A DNA stretch of 64,000 bases from Promethearchaeota archaeon (GTDB lineage Archaea > Asgardarchaeota > Lokiarchaeia > Sigyniarchaeales > SOKP01): the NCBI GenBank assembly GCA_048941015.1, contig JBHLNZ010000001.1:1-64000 (forward strand), read 5' to 3'. The notes beneath the pieces are model-generated. The model saw nothing but the letters and a program-made list of their open reading frames with translations, searched no databases and was not told the origin of the DNA. The position numbers and the translations under genes were made by a program. Every line of letters starts with the position of its first letter. The first letter of the stretch is position 1. Positions 10,042 to 19,900 of this stretch are shown in pieces.

Positions 10042-11766
10042 TTAGTTAGAATCAGTTCTCTTTTTAAATTCTCTTAATAACTTTGAAAATTTAATCCTTC
10101 TTTCATTGTAATTGAGTTCTATTAGAGCTTGTTCTTGATAAGCAATGAATAATTTTTCCGAGAACTCTTCCCAATCTCTACATATTTTGAGTGTTTCTTC
10201 ATCATTCTTTAAAAGAGAGTCATAAGACATTATTCTATTAAATTCTGCAGCATACTCCTCAATTAAATCTAAACCTGCACCTTTTAATAGATCTCTAATA
10301 AAATCTTCAGGAGAGTACCATTCCCTTACTCTCTGAAAATCTCGGTGAATCTGAGTTAGTAATACAAGGCGAGGTCCTTCCCACAGTTCCATAATCATCG
10401 AATCACGATGCAATCGCGGAAAACACAGAAAATCTTCCATAATACCATGACCTCCAAAAAAAGAAATCGCCATTCTTATCATTTTAGGACATTCATCGGC
10501 AACAATTATCTTTTGAAGCATAACCAATTCACGCAGCCTGAAACGCCGTTTTCGTTCTTCAATATCCTTTATTTTTTCCATATCCCTTATCCCACTAATA
10601 AGTTCTTCCCCAAAATGAATAAATTCTGAATAAACTTTGAAGACTCCGGCAGCAGTTCTTTTTGCGAAATGATCTAATTCATTAATTTGGTTTATCATCA
10701 TGGGAAATGAAGATACTGGTAACCCAAAAGCAATCCTAAATTGTGAATATAACAAAGCTTCTCTAACAACTCGTAACGCTCCTGCTGCCATTCCAAATGC
10801 AACATGTAATCTTGAAAGTGAAAGAACTATGCCAACAACATCTGCGAGTCCTTTTTCAAGAGGACCAATAGAATAAGCGACTGCTCCATTATATGTTATT
10901 TCAGCTGTGGGTAACTCTGCAGTTCCCAATTTTGGTTTAAGACGATCAATTGTGTAGGAATTTCTGATTTCCTTTTTTTTATTATAAGGAAGCCATGAAG
11001 GTACCACAAAAGCACCTACTCTAGTTGAAGATGGCGTATTTTTTGGTTTTGCGGTTACTAAAGCATAATCCGTATGAGCTGCAGAGCAGAAAAATTTTTG
11101 GCCATATATACGCCAACAATCCGAAATAGAATCTTCTTTTTCTTCTTTTTCATAAACGGCTTCGACAAGATTAGCTGGAACATCACTTCCACCTTGAATT
11201 TCACTAACGAATTGAGACCCTCTTGCATAATCGCCATCTATTCCATTTCTTACATGATTGAGAATTTCAAGAGCCTCAGGAGATAATTCTTTTTCATATT
11301 TTTGCATAAGCCATACTAACCCATGAGTACATGCAACTGGACACATTACTCCTGCTTCTCCGTTTTGATAAAGTAAAAACATTTTAATAAATCTACTCCA
11401 GGGAGTATTTCTATCGGGATCGAATAAGCCTAAGCTAAAAATTTCACGTTCTAAAGTTTCAGTTTCAGAACATCGTTCAATTCTATCAATTCGATGATTA
11501 TGAGCATCATAATGTTTAATTTTAGTTACTTTGATTCTATTTTCAAGTTCATTTGCATTATTAGCAAGATCTCGCCATTTGTAAGAAACATAATCTGAGA
11601 GCCCTCGCAGATCTCTATCAATTTTTTCATATTCTTCTGAAGGAGAATAATGTTTCACTAGAGATTGAAAAAAAGGATCATCCCGATAATAATTAAAGTT
11701 GTCTCTTACAAATAAGTAATCATCAAAGGAATAAGGATTATCTCTATTTCCTTCTTGATTTGACAA
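10042..11766 (-). CDS. Acyl-CoA dehydrogenase family protein (AidB-like)
   Basis: SEIQGGSDV, YGQKFFCSA, RLKPKLGT, GGHGIMED, LWEGP. Confidence 0.85.
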   Translation of the reverse strand: MSNQEGNRDNPYSFDDYLFVRDNFNYYRDDPFFQSLVKHYSPSEEYEKIDRDLRGLSDYVSYKWRDLANNANELENRIKVTKIKHYDAHNHRIDRIERCSETETLEREIFSLGLFDPDRNTPWSRFIKMFLLYQNGEAGVMCPVACTHGLVWLMQKYEKELSPEALEILNHVRNGIDGDYARGSQFVSEIQGGSDVPANLVEAVYEKEEKEDSISDCWRIYGQKFFCSAAHTDYALVTAKPKNTPSSTRVGAFVVPSWLPYNKKKEIRNSYTIDRLKPKLGTAELPTAEITYNGAVAYSIGPLEKGLADVVGIVLSLSRLHVAFGMAAGALRVVREALLYSQFRIAFGLPVSSFPMMINQINELDHFAKRTAAGVFKVYSEFIHFGEELISGIRDMEKIKDIEERKRRFRLRELVMLQKIIVADECPKMIRMAISFFGGHGIMEDFLCFPRLHRDSMIMELWEGPRLVLLTQIHRDFQRVREWYSPEDFIRDLLKGAGLDLIEEYAAEFNRIMSYDSLLKNDEETLKICRDWEEFSEKLFIAYQEQALIELNYNERRIKFSKLLREFKKRTDSN

Positions 11767-11877
11767 ATTTAACCCTCTTGTATTTCAATATTATACTTAT
11801 TAATTCTTTTATTTATATTAAAAATAGAATTGATAAGCAAATAAAATTTTCTTAAAAAACAGAATAGAAAAAGTTAG

Positions 11878-12657
11878 TTATTCTTCAGTTTCTTCTTTTT
11901 TAGCAGTCTCAGATTCAGAAGATACTTTTTCTTGAGCGAATTTTTTAACATTAATTCGTTCAGTTCTTTTTATTTCACTTTTTCGTGTTCTTTTTACTTC
12001 AACTTCAACCACTTCGAATTCCGCATCTCTTTTAATGTACTCTTTGTCTTCTCCACCCTCTGGGATAGCAATCAATTTGCTTTTAATAATTGTTGAGTTG
12101 GATAATGGGTAGATAGTTTTCCCTACTCTTTGAATTTGATTCTGAAATTCACCATAAATCATTCCTGTTATAAATTTTTCGTGATTTAATGATTTAGCAA
12201 ATTCTTTTAAAATTTCAGTTATAATCTTCCTAATGACTATTTGCTGTGAACTCCTAGCCCTTCTAATAGTTGTACATATATTTGTTAATCTGAAAGTATA
12301 TCCATCTTTAGTAGTTAAATTGATAATTGAAGTAACTTTTGAGCTTCCCCTTCCTATTAATGATCGAATATAATCATTAGTATATTCATGCCCTATAAAG
12401 ATACTTTCACAAATTCTAGATTCTGGATTAACATTAACTACTTTAAATTTTAGCTTTAAACTAATGTCATTAAAATCACCGGTAATGTCATATAGCAGAA
12501 TCTCGATAGTTCTTCCTTCTATGTTATTCTCTAAACCGATTATTTCTCCAATCTCTTTATAATTAAAACTCTTTGGTGCCTTTATGGTAAACCAATATTT
12601 GTCCTTAAAAGTAACTTTCTTAATTTTTGCTTTTTTTTTTCGAACTTTCTGACTCAT
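11878..12657 (-). CDS. rps3ae: 30S ribosomal protein S3Ae (eS1)
   Basis: KYWFTIKAP, GRTIE, GHEYTNDYIRSL, TKDGY, IYPL motifs. Confidence 0.95.
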   Translation of the reverse strand: MSQKVRKKKAKIKKVTFKDKYWFTIKAPKSFNYKEIGEIIGLENNIEGRTIEILLYDITGDFNDISLKLKFKVVNVNPESRICESIFIGHEYTNDYIRSLIGRGSSKVTSIINLTTKDGYTFRLTNICTTIRRARSSQQIVIRKIITEILKEFAKSLNHEKFITGMIYGEFQNQIQRVGKTIYPLSNSTIIKSKLIAIPEGGEDKEYIKRDAEFEVVEVEVKRTRKSEIKRTERINVKKFAQEKVSSESETAKKEETEE

Positions 12658-12666
12658 AATGTAGAA

Positions 12667-13125
12667 TTACCTCGCTACTAATGTTCTTATCTTTTCAGGG
12701 TCATACTTGAAATCAGGAGCTAATACTTTTTTCTTCTTATAATATTTGATTAATCTATATATTTTGGATTCAACTCTCTGTAATCCTTTAGTTGATTCCA
12801 GATCTTTGTGATTGGTTTCCAAATGCTTTCGAAGATTTAAAGCTTTTTTAACTAAATTGGATAAGTCTTCAGGAAGAGGAGATTTAATATCATTTTCTTC
12901 AAGAATTTGTTTAACAGATTTGCCAGTAACAACCTTTACTAAAGGAATTCCATAACTATCTCTTAATGTAATTCCAATTTGGGATTGAGAAAATCCCTTG
13001 CGAGCTAATTTTACCACTTGATTTTCTACTTCTTCACCAGACATCTCAATCCATAAGGGTTTTTCTTTTAATGCAGGTCGCGTGCTTGATGATTTTCCTT
13101 TCTTTCGAGAATGCATCCGAGCCAT
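12667..13125 (-). CDS. rps15: 30S ribosomal protein S15/S13e (uS15)
   Basis: MARMHSRKKGKS, SQIGITLRDSYGIP, LPEDL, ESKIYRLIKYYK. Confidence 0.97.
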   Translation of the reverse strand: MARMHSRKKGKSSSTRPALKEKPLWIEMSGEEVENQVVKLARKGFSQSQIGITLRDSYGIPLVKVVTGKSVKQILEENDIKSPLPEDLSNLVKKALNLRKHLETNHKDLESTKGLQRVESKIYRLIKYYKKKKVLAPDFKYDPEKIRTLVAR

Positions 13126-13339
13126 GATAATTACGTATGCTATACAAAATTATTAAAATAATATAATTTTAAATGAACTTTCAAAAATAAAATTTTGGAA
13201 TTTTACAGATTAATAAGGAAAGGGAAAAATTTTATATCGTTATTTAAACTTAAACCATTGACTAATTTCCTTTTTTTTACATTAATCAATCGACTCTTAT
13301 GAATGATTTCAAATTATTGAATTTAATAAATATTAAGTA

Positions 13340-13942
13340 ATGATTGCAAACATGAAGAACAAAAAGAATATCTTATATTTTGTAACCAGTAATAGACATA
13401 AATTTGATGAAATTCAAAAACAAATGAAAAGTGAAAATTTAAAATATGAGTTAAAAAAACTTAATATTGAAACTGTTGAGATTCAAGCAAATTCGCTTAA
13501 AGAAGTTGCATTATTCAAATTAAAAAGTATAAAAGAAAAAATAAATGGATCTTATTTCATAGAAGATGCAGGCTTTTTCATTGATATTCCCCTTAACGGT
13601 TTCCCAGGTGTCTATTCCTCAGATATTATGAATAAAATCGGTAATGAAGGAATTTTAAAATTAATTGATGATTTTGATGAAACTAAAGCACATTTTACCT
13701 CAGTTATAGCTCTTTATTTTCAACCACTTGACGAAATACTTTTTTTTGAAGGTATAACTTATGGAAAAGTGTCAAGAACAATAAGAGGTTCTGGTGGTTT
13801 TGGATTTGATCCAATTTTTATTCCAAACATAATGCCCGACAAGACATTTGCAGAATTAAGTACTGAAGAAAAAAATCAAATCTCCCATCGAGGGAAAGCG
13901 TTGAAAAAGTTTATTAGTTTTTTAATGGAAACAACTATTTAA
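13340..13942 (+). CDS. rdgB: Non-canonical purine NTP pyrophosphatase (RdgB/Ham1)
   Basis: TSNRHKF, EDAG, GFPGVYS, GFGFDPIF, EKNQISHRGKA. Confidence 0.93.
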   Translation: MIANMKNKKNILYFVTSNRHKFDEIQKQMKSENLKYELKKLNIETVEIQANSLKEVALFKLKSIKEKINGSYFIEDAGFFIDIPLNGFPGVYSSDIMNKIGNEGILKLIDDFDETKAHFTSVIALYFQPLDEILFFEGITYGKVSRTIRGSGGFGFDPIFIPNIMPDKTFAELSTEEKNQISHRGKALKKFISFLMETTI

Positions 13943-13968
13943 GATATTTTAAAAAAAAAAAAGTAAAA

Positions 13969-16935
13969 TTAAAACGTTTGCCTGAAAATATCCATTATTG
14001 TCTGTTTACTTAATTTAATCAAAATTAAATACATGCCTAAAAATCCTATTACAATAGATATAATAAATACTCTTAATAATACATTTATTGGAATGGAAAA
14101 TACAATTGGCATTTCCGTTATAAGGCCTATGTTAGTCTCTAATAAATAAGCACAGTATGTTCCAATAATCGTACCCATTGTACCTGATGATAGTAATATT
14201 ATTAAACTTTCAATCAAAAAGAGATTTCTTACGTTTCTAGTTTTCATTCCGAGTGATCTTAAAATTCCTATTTCAAATTTCCTTTCTAACATAATAGCAT
14301 ACATAGAACTAACTAACCCAAAAATAGCTATCGCGATAGCAAACCAATTAATTATTTCCATTAACGTGCTCTGTCTTTCATACATTTCATTTAAAAAGGT
14401 AATTTTAGATATAGCATCGTCAATAAAATAATCTTTTTGTTCATATGAGGTGCTGATTTCTTCTTTAGTTTGTTCAATATTTCCCTCGGAATCATCGTTT
14501 AGATTAATAAATACTTTATCAATAATCATTTTAGGGTCATAAGGATTTTCTACATCCATTAATCTAATATAATTATCTAAAGATACCATAATTCCTCCTC
14601 CTGATGCTGTAGCTTCAGAGCTTTTAAAATTATAGAATCCTGGCATCCCTCCAGAGATTCCTACTACTCTAAATAACGTAACATTTCCGGGATCATTAGA
14701 AACTTGAGGATTATAAAAAGTTAAACGGATATAATCACCAATATCTTCAACACCTAACACATTTGCTAAAGATTTAGCAATAATACAAGTATTATTATAT
14801 TCAAATAACTCACTAAATGAATAATTAGTACCGCTTTTAGGGCTACTCCAAATAAATAAATCATTATCCATAACTTTGTGGAAATTATCATCAATTCCTA
14901 TAAAACCTATCTCTAAATCATCAAAATTAGCTATATCACTTACTCTTACTTGATATTTCGTTTCAGCTTGTTCAGAGTAAAATTCAAAGATATTCATAAA
15001 AGCTTCATTTACAGATTCTTCATCAAATATACTACCTCCTTCGCTAAAGTCGAATGCTATCGCTAAAACAGAAGTAATGTCGAACATATTATAAAGAGTT
15101 ATTGATAATTGTTCTATTCCTACATAGGATTGAATTTCATCTATCATATCCATAGTAACGGCATTAGTATCCGCATCTAATCCTTGATTAATAATTACTA
15201 AATCTGAGCCATATTGAAAGCGTAAATTCAGAGACATATTTTTTGATTCCATTTCTGTTACACTAGTTATAAAAAATATGAATGAAAAGCTAATAGCAAA
15301 CATGACTATCGTACTAGTATTACGCCTTCTATTCCTTTTCAAAGAGATACGTATAATGTGAGCATATTTTCTTATGGCAGGGGAAACAATCCCTAAAAAA
15401 ATATTTTGAATTATCGGGATAACTCCAACGGATGCAAATACTAAACCTATTAAGATAGCGGCAAGAAGCCCTATAAATAGACTAGCTACAAGCATAAATT
15501 CACCAGTAACAACTATATTTGGTAATAATACGAAAACTAGCATACCAATAGTAGCAATAGAGATTCCTACCAGAAAACTCTTAACATTCATACTCCCTTC
15601 TTTTTTTATTTCCCATCCTTCCTCTTTTTGATGAAATGGAGTAATAGATTTAATAATATCTATTTTAGCGGTTCTGAGTGCCGGAAATAATGAGATAACT
15701 AAAGAAGTTATAGACCCAATCAAAAAAGTAATGATAACTGTTGAGGGTTGGATAACATAAGTCATATCTTGTAATATAAAACCAGTAGCAGTAAACAATA
15801 CATTTACGATTGGGGGGGTGAATAATAACCCAATTATAATACCACCAACAGAACCGATGATTCCTATCAAAAAACCTTCAAAAATTACCATTTTAATAGG
15901 AAATGTTTTTTTTCCTCCAACAACCCTGATAATACCGTATTCTCTAACTCTTTCCTCTGTAGATGTAGATAGAATAGAATTAATCAAAATTCCTGTTATT
16001 AGCATAGCTATTATTGTTATAAACCAAAAAATAATTGTCATCCCAATGAGTAAAAATTCTTCAGAGCTTAATTCTTCTAACTTTGGCATAGCAACTGAAT
16101 ATTCATTAGGATCAAGTTTACTTTGAATTCTCGTACCGATTTCTCTTAGCTTCCTTTCTGTAGCCTTAAAATTTCTTACATCATAGGTTAATTCTGGATT
16201 GGTTATAGTACCTACAATAAAATTGATTTCATCTTCTCTACTTAAAAAAAATTGCACTTGATGCAAATTTGTAATAATTAATGCGTTTTCGAATTCTGAA
16301 AATTTTAAGTCTTGTTTGCATATTTCAATAATTACTAAATCTAATGAATATTGTTGATAATCTAAAGTTATAGTATCTCCTATAGTGACATTTAAGAGTT
16401 CAGCAGCTTTCCAAAGAATTACACATTCTCCATCCAATGGTTCATCAGTATATATTTCTCCAGTTTCTATACCATTTTCATCGACTAAATTCAGATTACC
16501 AAGATTTCCATTATTAGCTTCCTTATAAAAATCTATTCCATACAATTCCAAAGTAAAATTTTCATTTATCTTGTCTGATGAAACTCTTGTAAACATCATT
16601 ATTCGAGGAAAGAGTTCTTCAACTCCTTCTATATTTGTTAAATTATTTTCAATCAAACTCTCATCAAAAAATGGATCATAGGTAAAATCAGTTCTAGTAG
16701 AGCGAGTAATCATGATGTCAGCATTGCCAGTACTACCCGTGATTAATTGCATATAGTTAAACGACATTGTATCATTAACCATTCCTATTGCTGTTAACAG
16801 AGTTAATGAAATTAATATTCCCAATATAGCAAAAATTGCCTTAGTTTTATCCCTTTTAATGTTTAACCATGAATGTTTAATGATTTGAAGTTTCAGCTTA
16901 CTTCTTATTTTATATAACAAATTTTCTAAACTCAA
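13969..16935 (-). CDS. MacB/FtsX-family ABC permease (two fused MacB halves)
   Basis: ERVREYGIIRVVG and ERKFEIGILRSLG coupling motifs; two large extracytoplasmic domains. Confidence 0.9.
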   Translation of the reverse strand: MSLENLLYKIRSKLKLQIIKHSWLNIKRDKTKAIFAILGILISLTLLTAIGMVNDTMSFNYMQLITGSTGNADIMITRSTRTDFTYDPFFDESLIENNLTNIEGVEELFPRIMMFTRVSSDKINENFTLELYGIDFYKEANNGNLGNLNLVDENGIETGEIYTDEPLDGECVILWKAAELLNVTIGDTITLDYQQYSLDLVIIEICKQDLKFSEFENALIITNLHQVQFFLSREDEINFIVGTITNPELTYDVRNFKATERKLREIGTRIQSKLDPNEYSVAMPKLEELSSEEFLLIGMTIIFWFITIIAMLITGILINSILSTSTEERVREYGIIRVVGGKKTFPIKMVIFEGFLIGIIGSVGGIIIGLLFTPPIVNVLFTATGFILQDMTYVIQPSTVIITFLIGSITSLVISLFPALRTAKIDIIKSITPFHQKEEGWEIKKEGSMNVKSFLVGISIATIGMLVFVLLPNIVVTGEFMLVASLFIGLLAAILIGLVFASVGVIPIIQNIFLGIVSPAIRKYAHIIRISLKRNRRRNTSTIVMFAISFSFIFFITSVTEMESKNMSLNLRFQYGSDLVIINQGLDADTNAVTMDMIDEIQSYVGIEQLSITLYNMFDITSVLAIAFDFSEGGSIFDEESVNEAFMNIFEFYSEQAETKYQVRVSDIANFDDLEIGFIGIDDNFHKVMDNDLFIWSSPKSGTNYSFSELFEYNNTCIIAKSLANVLGVEDIGDYIRLTFYNPQVSNDPGNVTLFRVVGISGGMPGFYNFKSSEATASGGGIMVSLDNYIRLMDVENPYDPKMIIDKVFINLNDDSEGNIEQTKEEISTSYEQKDYFIDDAISKITFLNEMYERQSTLMEIINWFAIAIAIFGLVSSMYAIMLERKFEIGILRSLGMKTRNVRNLFLIESLIILLSSGTMGTIIGTYCAYLLETNIGLITEMPIVFSIPINVLLRVFIISIVIGFLGMYLILIKLSKQTIMDIFRQTF

Positions 16936-16968
16936 CTTCTACTTTCCTGACTTTATATTAATTCATAA

Positions 16969-19900
16969 TTATGAGTCTAATATACTAAACTTCTTCTTCT
17001 TATATTCAAATTTTCTCAATAATTTATCCTCCCAACCTAAAAGATCTCTGATTTGATCAGCTTCACGTCTAATTAGCTTAACACCACATTTTTTACACGA
17101 ATAGTTTTCTCCAGGTTCATCTTTTAAATTTAATTTTCCACAGTTTATGCAAAAATAAGCAACATATAATTGATCATGTTCACATATAGGACAAATATAA
17201 TTGAAATTTTTCGATTCAAACCAAGCTTTACAAAATTTACAATGTAAAGTTAGTGGTCTTTCTGACTCAGATTCAATTATTTCAATTCTTTTAATTGCTT
17301 GATCTTTATCTATTGAATCTAATCTAATTTTTTCAGCTTTACCATTTTTTACTTTGCTTATCCAAATTTTACCTCTCTTTTCTGCTAGAATAAACATTAC
17401 AATTCCAATAATGGTGGCTACAATTATAATTAATATCCATAAACCCCAACTTCTCCAATTAAATAATCCATTTTGGATGATTATAGTTATACTTTCTATA
17501 GCTCTATTACCTTCAGCATCGAATGCTATAACACTTAGAGTATAAATTCCATCTTTGAAAAAGGTTGTATCCCATTGGTATTCTAACTTGCCGGTATCCA
17601 TATCAAAGTTCAAGAATTGTCTATCAACAAGTGTATCATTAATATAAATATAAATCCTCGAGACATCTAACTTAATATCATCACTAATATTTGCTTCAAT
17701 TTCTGTTATTGATTTTAACTTATCATTATAAGCTGGTGAGATTATATCTATATGTGGGGGAATGAAATCGGTAGACTTTTCATATCCGATATAAATGTTG
17801 GATAATAACCAACCATACCCTAATCCTGCAATATTATCATTTGAATGCAAAGTAAACATGATCATAACTACACTATCAGAATATTGTGAGAGATCTATAC
17901 TTTCATTTCCAGAAAGTACCTCACTATCATAATAATATTCAATAAGACTTATCCAACTTTTGCCATAGTCTATAGATAATGACACAGTACAACTATCTAG
18001 TTCCTCGATTTCTAAATAAAATTCATTTTGTAAAGAAATTTCATAATAATATTTCAAATATACATTATATTCACTATTCAATTGAATTGGATATGTTATT
18101 AGTTTAGCATCCCAATTTAGTCCATAACCTTGATAGATTCCACCAAAACTCTGCCCTCTTCCACCATATATATATTCTTGATTTAGAAGAGAGATCGGAT
18201 GCCAGGTATTCTCTCCTCTGAACCAAGAAGTGTCATCTATTGGAGTAGGGTTTCCAGCAATAAAATAATTTGTAAGATCAAAATTTGAAAATTCATACCC
18301 AATTAATTTATTACTTTGATTAACTGTAAATTCAAGAGGGATCGGTTCAATAATATCAAAGAGAGAATTGTTGAGATTATACCAATTAGTTGAATTATAA
18401 TAATTACCATCAAATGTGTGAAATCTAAAAGAGTGATTTGAAAATTCTCCGAGTGTTAAAGCTTTCCTAAATAATACTCCTTCTTTTTCTGCTGAGCTAT
18501 AACTTATGTTCCAATCTCCAAAAATATTTATCATAGAGTAGTTAAAATTATTAATTTCAATAAATACATAATCCGGATAATTACCATCTATATCAAAAAC
18601 CTTGCATGAGAAGAGAACTTGTTCATATTTAGAAATTTGATTTTTAGATATATCTAAAGAAAGATTAAAATAGATATGAGGTGCTTCAATATTAGAATAA
18701 TTCTCAAGACTAAAAAAATCGAGCATTAAACCCTTGTAATTAATAGGATCGAAATCTTCATCCAAATCAGAAAAAAATCGGAATTGTACAAAATATCCTA
18801 TATATTCTGTGAGATTTAAATATTCTACATACCATTCATTTTCTACATTACTATATGTTTTTAAGTTAATCCATCCTGTCCAATTCAAATTAATTTGGAA
18901 ATAGATAAAATCACCTGAATTAATGCTTGTACGTAAGCCAAATTTAGCAAAAGGTTGAGTTGAATTGCTATCTAATTGGGTTAGGTTGAATAAAGGACTT
19001 ATTAAGCTTCCATTTGGAAAATCATAAGTTATTGAATAAGGTTGATAGGTATAATTTGTAGGATAATTATGATATCTCCCAAAATACATTGATTTCCAAT
19101 CCGTTTGATATATTTTGGATCGGTTATCATTAAAATTAGTTTGATTTAATATATTCCAACCTGTGCCATTTGCTGTCCAATTATCCCATCCCTCATTGAA
19201 ACTATGAAAGTAAGGAAAAGGTTTACTGTCTGTAGGGAATTCTAAGATAATCTCTAATTGACCGATCTCAGGATATTGCACAATATGTTTTCCATCACTT
19301 GCAATAAAAAAATAATGATACGTCCCTGGTGAATCAAACCGAATATATGCGCTTCTATATAATGCTCCATTGGTATAATTTACATCTAATTCATTCTGTT
19401 GGAATAAAGAATAATTTTGAGAAGTTTCAACTATTGATACATACACTTCCTGAGGAGGAACATTCGTACTATCATTATCATAATATTCAATATAAAACCG
19501 ATAACTATCGATAGAATAGTTTTTACTAGGGCTATTTCCAGAAAATTCTTGGAGGCCCATTACTGTAGTGTTTTTAGACCCATCAACGTATACTATCTCA
19601 GGAACTTCTAAATGGGGTTCAAATAAGTTATCTATACTTGAGACATTCAAAACAAAGCTACTATTTCCATCAATAGCTTTAACGACTAATATGCATTCTG
19701 TTTCATTAAATTTGGGAGTATAATAAAATGTATCGAGATCACCGTACCATTTTTGCGTTGATTGGAGTAATATAGGTTCTCCATATTGATCTGATTCATT
19801 TGAAAACAAAAATAAATCGAGATCAGCGGATTGATCAACATTACTTAAATTAAATTGATATTGTATATTTGGAGGTAATATTATCCTACGGGCAAAAGCA